Assembly: GCA_965649825.1 (NCBI GenBank)
Contig: OZ287702.1
Span: 434,001-498,000 of the forward strand
Direction of reading: 5' to 3'
DNA length: 64,000 nucleotides
Source: Penicillus capitatus
Taxonomy: Eukaryota > Plantae > Chlorophyta
Numbering within the stretch: the first letter of the stretch is position 1; each line of letters opens with the position of its first letter. Positions 38,002 to 49,099 of the stretch are shown piece after piece. The notes under the pieces were generated by a model. The model ran no database searches and was not told the origin of the DNA. It saw only the letters and a list, made by a program, of their open reading frames with translations. The position numbers and the translations under genes are program-made.

Positions 38002-39129
38002 ATGGCCCATCATCCCCACGCATTAACTGAAACGCGACGGCACAGATTTGCGCTGCACTGTTTTGAATTGAGAGCCTCTTGGACGACTTTTCGCAACGGC
38101 ATGAGTTCCTGATGCTTTGCACTGTGAAGTTCATGCATTCTTTTGTATCACAGGGCTCAAGTATTGGAAGCCTGTAACAAACGGCCAGCGTTTTCGCGTG
38201 ACGATTGATCGAAGAGACATTTACCAACATGGGCCGTTCAAGCCGTTGACGAAAGGACTGAGAAAGAGGGGAGGCCGAAACAGCACCGGTCGCATCACCT
38301 GTTGGCATCGAGGCGGTGGCTGCAAGCGTCTCTATCGCTTTGTGGACTTCAAAAGAGAAAAGGAGGCGATGAAAGGCGAAGTGCAACGCATCGAGTACGA
38401 TCCCAACCGAACAGGCTATATCGCACTCGTGAAGTATAATCGAGGCAAGTATTCAGAGAGCAATGCTCCAAATCCGCGAGGGCGGTCGTAGGGCCAGACA
38501 ATGGCGACATGTTCTCTTACGTCCTCGCACCACAAGACATGAAACCGGGTGATACAATCTCATCCGGCACCGATGCGCCGTTGAAACCGGGAAATACGTT
38601 GAGACTGCGCAACATTCCCACGGGGATGAAGATCCACAACGTAGAGTTGGTTCCAGGGAAAGGTGGTCAGATGTGTCGATCTGCCGGATGCTCGAGCACC
38701 CTCGTGCAGAAAGGCGATGATAACTATGCCGTTCTCCGTTTGCCCTCAGGCAATGCATCGAGTCATCGGTCGATGCTGTGGGTGATGCTGACTGGGGGTG
38801 GATGTTTAGGTGAACAGCGAAAAGTCAGTCTGCATTGCCGAGCAACGATTGGTGTGATGTCCAATCCACAAAACAAGAACCGAGTGATTGGCAAGGCAGG
38901 GTACAAACGTCTGATGGGATTTCGGCCAACCGTTCGCGGTGTTGCTATGAATCCTGTGGACCATCCGCATGGAGGCGGCGAAGGAAAGAAGTCTGGAGGT
39001 CGCCGTTCCTCCGTCTCTCCTTGGGGTATTCCATGCAAAGGCCATCGAACGCGCAAGAGAGGCAAACGTACGGATAAATATATCGTCGTCAGTCGTCACC
39101 AAGCAAAACGAAGGAAGGGTCGTCGTTGA
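38002..39129 (+). CDS. RPL2: Organellar (probably mitochondrial) ribosomal protein uL2
   Basis: [62 protein letters not shown] introns 38445-38491 and 38750-38809. First exon and start uncertain. Confidence 0.92.
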
Positions 39130-39567
39130 TAGCGACGGATAACTAATTCGGATGAAAGAACCTATAGCTGGATTGTATGGACAATTTCCCTAGAACATGA
39201 GGATGAACTGTCTAGACGCGCGTGCCGGTTAGTCGGAGGGTTGCATGTGTTCATGAACGGCACTGCGAAGATCCCTTAGATCCGACGAACCGACCATCGC
39301 AAACTCCTTACAAATTCAAAAATCCCTGTCTAAGCAACGTTTTACACCGTCTTTTGCGCTTGCTGAGCTTTGAAGTCTCTCAACGGTAGTCTGCAAGCGA
39401 ACAAGTGGTGCTTTATAGCGCCTTGACCGCGGTTTTAGAGCGTTCATATCAACGGTGCACGCGTCTCGTCCGCGGCACTATATATCCGTTGACAGCCTTT
39501 GTTCGCTGTATTTCTTTACCAAATACTCTGTCTTCGCGGCAAGAAAGTTTCCGCGTTCGTGTACACC

Positions 39568-42500
39568 ATGAAGACCACCACTGTGATGTTAACGCTGTTT
39601 GCATGCTGTCTGCTGCTGGTACGTTGCTTGCTGAAACGACTGCCTAGCATCGAACATCGTCTTGTCGCTTAGCTCGGCGAAGCAAGTGGTAGAAGTACGT
39701 TACAAAAAGACAAGGCTCGTGAATCCAAGCAAAGTAAAAAATTTCTCCGTAAGCGGGAAAAGATCGTGATGCGTATGTTTGTTCGCAGAGACCAAGAAAG
39801 GATGCAAGAGCGGATTCTACCAGGACTATAACAAAGACTGTGTTAAATGCGACCCTTACTGCGCTCCAAAGGCGTGCGTCGACCTTTCAGGCTGCGCCGA
39901 GTGCGTCGAGGGTTACTTTTTGTCGCTGCCTTCGACTAAGCGCGAACCCGCCATCTGCAAGCTCTGCAAGGATAGCATTCGAGGATGCGCTCAATGCGTC
40001 AGCGCCGCCAAGAACGGCGAAGAGGAATGCAAACTTTGCGAGCTCGGCTATGTCCTCATCGATGGCTACTGTGTCGACACGGACATTCTATCTCCGGTGC
40101 TTGGCTCTATTGGAGCATTAGAAGTGGAGGAAGGATTTGAACGCGAATTCGACCTTGAATTCACCGTGGACTACGACACTGAAGAAGGGTATGACTATAT
40201 CGTCGAGAAACGTAAAGGTAAGCCGAACTGTGTGGTACGAACATAATGAAAGACGGTTACGGATTTAGGGGGCAAGAAGACAACGAAGAAAACGACGAAG
40301 ACGGTTATCACTTCCGAAGAAGAGGAAGGATTCGGAGAGATTGAAGGTGAAGGGTTTAGTAAAAAGACGACAAAGGTTACTAAGAAAACGGAGAAAGGCG
40401 GAGGGAAGTTCGACATAGAATTCGAAGAAGGGTTCGAAGAGGAGGGCTTTGAAGAAGGCTTTGAAGAAGAAGGCGAAGAAGGCTTCATTTCCGGCGAGGG
40501 CGTCGTCACGACCTTTGAAGAAGGCGAAGAAGGCATCATCTCGGGCGAAGGCGGAGAAGGCATCATTTCCGGCGAAGGCGGAGTCACGACCACTGAAGAA
40601 GGCGTCGTCACGACCACTGCCGAAGGCGAAGAAGGCTTCATCTCGGGCGAAGGCGGAGAAGGCATCATTTCCGGTGAAGGCGGAGTCACGACCACTGAAG
40701 AAGGCGTCGTCACGACCACTGCCGAAGGCGAAGAAGGCTTCATCTCGGGCGAAGGCGGAGAAGGCATCATTTCCGGTGAAGGCGGAGTCACGACCACTGC
40801 CGAAGGCGAAGAAGGCGTTATTTCCGGTGAATCCGGAGAAGGCGTTATTTCCGGTGAAGGCGGAGTCACGACCACTGCCGAAGGCGAAGAAGGCGTTATT
40901 TCCGGTGAATCCGGAGAAGGCGTTATTTCCGGTGAAGGCGGAGTCACGACCACTGCCGAAGGCGAAGAAGGCGTTATTTCCGGTGAATCCGGAGAAGGCG
41001 TTATTTCCGGTGAAGGCGGAGTCACGACCACTGAAGAAGGCATCGTCACGACCACTGCCGAAGGCGAAGAAGGCGTTATTTCCGGCGAAGCCGGAGTCAC
41101 GACCACTGAAGAAGGCGTCGTCACGACTACTGCCGAAGCCGGAGAGGGCGTCGTCACGACAGCAGTGGGTGACGAGACAGTGAAAAGAGATGCTGTAGTC
41201 ACGGTAAGCAAGGGAGATGCAGTCGTTACCGCCATCGAAGGAAAATCTGCCGAAGAAGGCGAGGTCACCGTAAGCGAAGGAGCCGTTGTCACAGTAAGCG
41301 AAGGAGGTGAAGTTACCGTAAGCGAAGGAGGTGAAGTTACCGAAGTTATCAGCGAAGGTGGAGCCATTGTCTCTGTTAGCACTGGAGGTGCGGCCACCGT
41401 AAGCGAAGGAGCCGCAGGAGAAGCCGTTACGGTGAAAGAAGGAGCAGCTGTCACAGTGACCGAGGGCGGTGGTTTCACCGTGAGTGGCGGAGTCACCGAA
41501 GTCGTTAGCGGAGAAGCTGTGACAGAGTCCGTTGTCACCGACGCCGTCGTCACCGTCAGCGAAGGAGAGGCAATCGTCACAGCAGCTCAAGAGGGAGCCG
41601 CTCAGGAAGAGGCAGTCACTGTATCTAAGGGTGGCGCCGTGACCGTGGGCAAAGGCGGTGCCGTGACCGTGACAGAAGGAGACCAGGTCACCGAGGTGAT
41701 TCGCAAGGGCGGAGCAGTCGTCACCGTCTCCAAGGGAGGTGCTGTCACCGTCGCCGAGGAAGGAGTGACCGACCAAGAGGTCGTCAAGGTCACCGAAGGT
41801 GGCGAAGTCACCGTCGGCGAGGACAGAGCTGTCACCGTCACTGGAGGCGTCACCGAAGTTGCGCCGACTCCTGGTGCTGTTGGCGGCGTGTCCGTCAGCA
41901 AGCAACCTGCCGCAGTGTCCGTCGGCGCCGCAGAGTCCGTGGTCGCCGTCAGCGAAGGAAAGGCAGTTGTCACTCCAGTCCAAGGAGAAGCCGCTCAGGA
42001 AGAAGCCGTCACCGTCGCCAAGGGCGGTGCCGTCATCGTCGGCGATGGCGGTGCTGTTACCGTGACAGAAGGAGACCAGGTCACCGAAGTGATTCGCAAG
42101 GGCGGGGCAGTCGTCACCGTCGAAGACGGAGGCGTTGCAACAGTGACCGAAGGAGCCGCAGGAGAAGCCGTTACGGTGAAAGAAGGAGCAGCTGTCACAG
42201 TGACCGAGGGCGGTGGTTTCACCGTGAGTGGCGGAGTCACCGAAGTCGTTAGCGGAGAAGCCGTGACAGAGTCCGTTGTCACCGACGCCGTCGTCACCGT
42301 CAGCGAAGGAGAGGCAATCGTCACAGCAGCTCAAGAGGGAGCCGCTCAGGAAGAGGCAGTCACTGTATCTAAGGGCGGCGCTGTCATCGTCGGCGACGGT
42401 GGTGCCGTGACCGTGACAGAAGGAGACCAGGTCACCGAGGTGATTCGCAAGGGCGGAGCAGTCGTCACCGTCTCCAAGGGCGGAGCTGTCACCGTCGCCG

Positions 42501-45458
42501 AGGAAGGAGTGACCGACCAAGAGGTCGTCAAGGTCACCGAAGGTGGCGAAGTCACCGTCGGCGAGGACAGAGCTGTCACCGTCACTGGAGGCGTCACCGA
42601 AGTTGCGCCGACTCCTGGTGCTGTTGGCGGCGTGTCCGTCAGCAAGCAACCTGCCGCAGTGTCCGTCGGCGCCGCAGAGTCCGTGGTCGCCGTCAGCGAA
42701 GGAAAGGCAGTTGTCACTCCAGTCCAAGGAGAAGCCGCTCAGGAAGAAGCCGTCACCGTCGCCAAGGGCGGTGCCGTCATCGTCGGCGATGGCGGTGCTG
42801 TTACCGTGACAGAAGGAGACCAGGTCACCGAAGTGATTCGCAAGGGCGGGGCAGTCGTCACCGTCGAAGACGGAGGCGTTGCAACAGTGACCGAAGGAGC
42901 CGCAGGAGAAGCCGTTACGGTGAAAGAAGGAGCAGCTGTCACAGTGACCGAGGGCGGTGGTTTCACCGTGAGTGGCGGAGTCACCGAAGTCGTTAGCGGA
43001 GAAGCCGTGACAGAGTCCGTTGTCACCGACGCCGTCGTCACCGTCAGCGAAGGAGAGGCAATCGTCACAGCAGCTCAAGAGGGAGCCGCTCAGGAAGAGG
43101 CAGTCACTGTATCTAAGGGCGGCGCTGTCATCGTCGGCGACGGTGGTGCCGTGACCGTGACAGAAGGAGACCAGGTCACCGAGGTGATTCGCAAGGGCGG
43201 AGCAGTCGTCACCGTCTCCAAGGGCGGAGCTGTCACCGTCGCCGAGGAAGGAGTGACCGACCAAGAGGTCGTCAAGGTCACCGAAGGTGGCGAAGTCACC
43301 GTCGGCGAGGACAGAGCTGTCACCGTCACTGGAGGCGTCACTGAAGTTGCTGCAGCTCCTGGTGCTGTTGGCGGCGTGTCCGTCAGCAAGCAACCTGCCG
43401 CAGTGTCCGTCGGCGCCGCAGAGTCCATGATCACCGTCAGCGAAGGGAAGGCAGTTGTCACTCCAGTCCAAGGAGAAGCCGCTCAGGAAGAAGCCGTCAC
43501 CGTCGCCAAGGGCGGTGCCGTCATCGTCGGCGATGGCGGTGCTGTTACCGTGACAGAAGGAGACCAGGTCACCGAAGTGATTCGCAAGGGCGGGGCAGTC
43601 GTCACCGTCGAAGACGGAGGCGTTGCAACAGTGACCGAAGGAGCCGCAGGAGAAGCCGTTACGGTGAAAGAAGGAGCAGCTGTCACAGTGACCGAGGGCG
43701 GTGGGTTCACCGTGAGTGGTGGTGTTGCCGATCTTGTCGGTGCTAAAGCTTTCAGCAAGGAAGGTGTCACTGACGCCGTCGTCACCGTCAGCGAAGGAGA
43801 GGCAGTCGTCGCTGCGATCCAAAAAGAAGATGCACAGGAAGAGGCAGTCACTGTATCTAAGGGTGGCGCTGTCATCGTGGGCAAAGGCGGTGCCGTGTCC
43901 GTCAGAGAAGGAGACCAGGTCACCGAAGTGATTCGCAAGGGCGGAGCAGTCGTCACCATCAAAGATGGAGGCATTGCAATAGTGACCGAAGAAGGAGTGA
44001 CTGATCAAGAAGCTATCACTGTTACAGGCGGAGCTGTCACCATCACTGACGCTGGAGCCGTTTCTGTCACTGACGGTATCACAACAGTAGTAACCGAAGC
44101 CATCTTCACGACAGGAGCGGTCGAAGGAGTAAAGGCCGCCAAAGGAAAAGACTTTGTCGTGATAGGAGGAAAAACCGTCTCTCTCACCGAAGGTGATGAA
44201 GCCGCGGGAGGAAAGACAACCATTACAGTGACTACTGAAACCGTTTCAAAAGAAGAAGCCTTTGGAATCATCGGTCTCGAAAAGGCTGCTGGAGGCGATG
44301 GTCGACCCGGAAAGATCACCACAGTAGTAGATGGAAAGAATGTTACAGGTAACAAAAAACGTATTATACACTGATCAGGGAACTGACAAACGATTCTTGC
44401 AGGAATCGCCGAACAAACGGCCACTGTGATTGACCTTTCTAAGACTCCAACTGATGAAGCAGGTGTGCTGTTCGTGCTTTAAGTGTTGAACTTAATATTG
44501 TTAAGCAATAGGAGGAGATGTGACTGTGGTAGAAGCTGGCAAAGGAGATGAGTTAATCATCACTGAGGGAGAGGTGCGTGCACCCGCTGCTGGAGAGCCT
44601 AGTGGAGAGGTAGATGGAATATCCGTCAAAAAAGCACCACAGGCATCTGCAGCTCCGGCACCGGGCTCTCCAGCACCCGCCGGAGAAGGAGATAAGGCAC
44701 CATCCTCGCCAGAACCAGAGGCATCTGCAGCTCCGGCACCGGGCTCTCCAGCACCCGCCGGAGAAGGAGATAAGGCACCATCCTCGCCAGAACCACAGAC
44801 ATCTGCAGCTCCAGCACCGGGCTCTCCAGCACCCGCCGGAGAGGTAGATGGAATATCCGTCAAAAAAGCACCAGAGGCATCTGCAGCTCCAGCACCGGGC
44901 TCTCCAGCACCCGCCGGAGAAGGTGAAGCAGCCGCCGGCAAAGGAGCCGATGTTAAGATCGTTGGCGGAGATGTTACCACCACAACCAAATCAGAAGAAG
45001 CTGTTAAAGGTGTCACTGTTACCTCCGCAGAAAAACCTGTTGATGCGTCCCCAGCGCCGTCTACTGCTAAAGGCGCTGCTGCTGCCGGAGTCGAATCCGT
45101 AACCGAAGAAATCGTCGTCGAACGCGCAGGCGAGCTTGACGAAATGACTGAAGGCGAACTTCTGCTTTTCGGCGGAAGTATCGGCGCACCTGACTTCCAA
45201 CCCGTATGTCCACCAGGCTATTTCGAAAAATTCATGGATGGCTCATGCATGAAATGCGATCCCCATTGTCTCAAAGTACCCGACAAAGATCACTGCGAAG
45301 ATGGTATTGGCTGTTCTAAGTGTGATGCTGGATTTTTCCGTGCACGCGAAGATGTATTTTGGCCGTTTGAATGCCACAATTGCGAGGATATGTTCCCTGG
45401 TTGCAAGAAATGTGTTGATGGCGTGTATCTCAATCGCGCAAAGTGTCTGGAGTACTAA
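39568..45458 (+). CDS. Giant (~1900 aa) secreted repeat protein with furin-like Cys-rich domains at both ends
   Basis: Signal MKTTTVMLTLFACCLLL. Introns ~39619-39672, ~39734-39788, 40218-40268, ~44350-44402 and ~44463-44504 join all ORFs in one frame. CxxC-rich domains at 39800-40080 and 45200-45450. Confidence 0.8.
40480..41160 (+). repeat. Coding minisatellite: 102-nt and 78-nt units (EGGVTTT-EG-EEG-ISG)
   Basis: gaaggcggagtcacgaccact recurs at 40574, 40676, 40778, 40856, 40934 and 41012. Confidence 0.9.
41405..43960 (+). repeat. 744-bp (248-aa) near-identical tandem repeat, three full units plus a partial fourth
   Basis: gaaggagccgcaggagaagccgttacg at 41405, 42149, 42893 and 43637; an internal sub-duplication (393/351-nt offsets) lies within each unit. 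Confidence 0.95.
44643..44920 (+). repeat. 78-nt Pro/Ala-rich coding repeat x4 (ASAAPAPGSPAPAGE)
   Basis: (g/a)catctgcagctcc at 44643, 44721, 44799 and 44877. Confidence 0.9.
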
Positions 45459-45915
45459 TTTCTAACAAGTCCGGCAATTCCCTTTCCGTGTGGGCTGTTT
45501 GTTCTATCCAGGATAGTAGTTAACTACCATTCTCAAACCATCATCACGATTTGTTCTTGACCATCTTGTCTGGTTTCTGTGATTGATGTCGTGTTAATAA
45601 CACTCATCGTTGGACGCTACTTTGACCATTTTTTGTCAATTCGAATCTCCAAGATTCTTATTCACTCAGGCAGAAGAGGGCGGCCAACGATGACATTTCG
45701 TTGCATGCTGAACTTCCATATGGTTCTGTGTTATCTGATGTTTACCACGCAGGGTATGAGGCAGGACCTTACTCTTGCGGAACCTTATATTCCTTGAATA
45801 CTGAGGCTGAATAAGAAGTACAGATTTCTCTAGTTCGAAAACGAACAATGACTCAGTCCTACCATGTCGTTTAAGTCCAAGAAGCGTGGATTGATTGGAT
45901 CCGCTCGTATTGATT

Positions 45916-47492
45916 TTATTGATCTTCCAGCGGGGTTTTGGTCGTAAAGAGGTGATAAATTAACCCGACGAAGGGAATGTAGCGGTTCGGACCAGCAAAT
46001 CTATTCAAGAGCACGATCTGGAAGATTGAAAATAAACATATGTCTTCCACGAACGCGAAGAACACCTGCAGATCACACCTGTCCTCGAGCAATACGTCAA
46101 CGCGAAAACGCACTCGATCGTGATAAAAGCTGTTCATCAAGTGGTCCAATCTGGCTGTGAGATCTCCATATTCCGGCCGTCCATAAACGGCCCATAGAAT
46201 GGAGAAGGTACCGATGAAACCACCCACTCCCGCAATAAGGCGAGACCATGAAGGTAACTCTGTCGGCTTCTCTATATCAGGCGCCATGGAGGGTGCCAGT
46301 CTCATGGCGTTGTATGGAAGAAAGAAGAAATTTGTCAGGAACTGTCGAAACAGAGAACAGAAACATGAATGGTGTGTCTTTCTGCAAAACGATCCGTACC
46401 CAGGTTCCAATCCACAGTCCCCATTTCGTCTGCGGCTGCATTTTCTGTGATCTGCTGTCTGAGAGCATGACTGGCAGAAAAAGCAAACCCCAGGCTGCAA
46501 CAAAGTTAAAGACTGCTTCATCCACAGGATGTTCGGCAACAGATTGCATAAGATCCAATCCAACGGCGCTTTGCGCAATGTTGATATAGAAGATATTCAT
46601 ACTCTCATGCAACAGTCCTTGTAAATTCTGTGAGGAAGCCTGCCAACCAGGCACCCCAGGAGCACTGGTGCTGAAGAGGGTGATCCATAAATAGACTCCA
46701 TACAAGACCCAGACAAGATAAGAAGCAATAGGTAGTTGTTTGATCTTATTGATGTCTGCATACGGACCCAGTCTCTTTAATAACGGAACGACGAGCGACA
46801 TGACCTACATAGACATGGTTTAAAATGATATATGTGTACCCGATGTTTGTGACCTTCATTGCGTTGTGACCGGGTTTGATGGTTGGCTCGACAACGTCTC
46901 GAACAAAGCTGATCTTTCCTTCTTTGTTAAGGCGAAAAAATGAACATCCGCGGGAGAACGGAATTGGGATGTCGCCTATCTCCACATGCCTAAAGCGTCC
47001 AGCTCTTAAAAATCGATGCAGGCGCAGGAAGAGAGACCAAAGAAGTCCAACTTTGCCCGATGGATCTTCAGACATGTCGTCAATTTTGAACTGGACTTCT
47101 TCATCTAAATACTTCACAATGTCTTCGAAGTACGTTCGCAGACTCTTCTTTCCGACAAAAGGATCGAGAAAGACGACATCTTCGTAGACACAGTCTTCTG
47201 CCAAGGTATCAAGTGCCGCATCAAAGTCTCGACGATTCCATGCGTTATAGAACTGCATAACAGTGGACATGGGCTTCGTGATCTGCGAGGACTCGGTGTT
47301 ACAGCGGACTCGAGAAATGCCATTGCTGTTGTTGAAGGAAGATAACTGAATCGAGAGAACGTCAAGTTTAGGCGGAGAGAGGCTGTTTACTTTTGAACGT
47401 GGAAGCGGGTTGCGGCGGAAACCTGTTAGACAGCTGATCGAGCCACATCGGTGGTCGTTGCTGACACGGGACTTCAGCGACGCGGTCGACAT
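45916..47492 (-). CDS. Plastid NTF2/SnoaL-domain protein with C-terminal membrane region
   Basis: Transit-like MSTASLKSR; FYNAWNRRD...CVYED...FVGK...W|HVE...PFSRGCSFF...RDVVEP; multi-TM C-terminus (YGRPEYG, FFAFVEDICLF). Confidence 0.8.
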
Positions 47493-47779
47493 GATGTCAT
47501 GCACAGACAAGACGATGGTAGGAATTCAGTTGTTTGATGGTCATGATGTGACGGCTTCGTAAAAAGTGGAGTTACCTGTGCCGACAGCAGAATCCGTCTT
47601 TCAGATCGACTAGGGAAAAGCGTTTCCAAGTGATTTGTATCTGTTTTATTACCCTTTACACGTCAGTCGGCGTTAATCCTTTTGTAGATACATAATCCTT
47701 TAACTCCCGGAAATCATTGACATTCCGGATCTCCTCTTCTGGCTTCGAAAAAAGAATCGGCGGGTTGTGGAACACTGGC

Positions 47780-48430
47780 TCATTTGGTAGCATTCTCTGT
47801 GTGTACCCAAGTTCTTCCTACCTTCGAAGCTGTTTTCAGATCTTTGCCGTTCACGTTGTTGCCCGGCGAAGGGCTTTAAGCACTTTTTCACACACCATGT
47901 TGTCCACTTCATTGGACGGATGACACATCCCTCAGATGTCATGAAGGAACACGGAGCCTTGGCTGCCACGATCGGGTGGGCTGTTTTCATTATCGTTTCC
48001 ATTGGATGTCCGTCCGAGATCACTTAACGTTTTCTTTGCAGGTGGAAAGACAGAGAGATGTCTTGCAAGATGAGTGACTCTCAGAGGCACGTTTATTCCA
48101 GCATCATTCTTACAGTCACAGATGTGTTTTCTGGGAAGCGCTCATTATCTCAAGAAAGGCTCTTTTAGCATCAATTACTGTCTTCTCCTATTCGTCGAGA
48201 GGAAATCTGCAAAGTATCTTTGCTGTAATTGTTCCGATCTTTTTGTATCTCCGGATTGTCCGCCGTTCGTCTTAGAGAGAAACACGACAAACTGAATGAG
48301 CTGGAAAGCGTTTCATTGCTTGTTTCGCTGCTCACCTCTGCAGTAGGGTTCTTTGTTGACGATGATCATGCTTCTCAGCCGGTGCGCTATCTGATCACTA
48401 CCTTTACTTATGTTTGCATGTTGTGCCCGT
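47780..48430 (+). pseudogene. Frameshifted remnant of a multipass-membrane C-terminal domain
   Basis: Frame-switching segments WTDDTSLRCHEG / HGALAATIGWAVFIIVSIGCP, FWEALIISRKALLASITVFSY..GNLQ / LNELESVSLLVSLLT; frameshifts near 47949 and ~48260. Confidence 0.6.
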
Positions 48431-49099
48431 TTTCCTTGGCCTCTCGTTCTTGACTTTACCGCATCCTGTGCGAAGAAAGCCCCGGTGGGGAATTGTCATG
48501 TCTTTTTTGTCTTCGCTCGATCGCATTCCCGTTATAGCGATGCCCGTGCAGAAACATGATGCGATTTGTAAAACGCAGTCAGCGACAAAAAGAACAGTAA
48601 CAATCTGAGTACCTACATCCTCCATGAAGTTTCGAACTGATGCTTCAAGAAGATATTGTGATGGACACTTTTAACTTTCAGCATTCGAGAAACTCTTGGA
48701 CAATTGGTTACCTTCTTCTCTGGCAAACGACCTAATGTGTAAGTCAAAAATGAGGACTTACTAGCTCGATGTAACTATGTGAAACTGGTGGATAAACTGT
48801 TGCAACATATGCGGTAAATACCTTCCTCGACGTTAAAAATGAATGTCCGACGGACACGTAATAACACAGAAACGCTGCATACTGTGCTCTTGTTTCGTGT
48901 GTCAGTACAATGCTATTCAAACAACATCAGTGCCAAACGCTGGAAACTTACCATGGAGTCCAAGAATAGCATTTATGCATCGATCTCGAGTCGCGCAACC
49001 GAACCAGCCGTGCTCATAGCCAGAAACAACGCTTTTGTAGCAGAACTGTCATGACAACGAGAGCTTCTATCTTCTCGTAATAATGGTGCATTCTATTAC

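Noticed and set aside
40195-44008. Very long minus-strand and alternate-frame ORFs (1247 aa, 461 aa and others)
   Set aside because: These are shadows of the repetitive GNN/ACC codon usage of the plus-strand repeat protein. The signal peptide, splice sites and Cys domains all support the plus frame.
40480-44920. CRISPR-like or non-coding satellite interpretation of the repeats
   Set aside because: All periods are multiples of 3 (78, 102, 744), there are no unique spacers, the repeats sit inside one open frame, and the context is eukaryotic.
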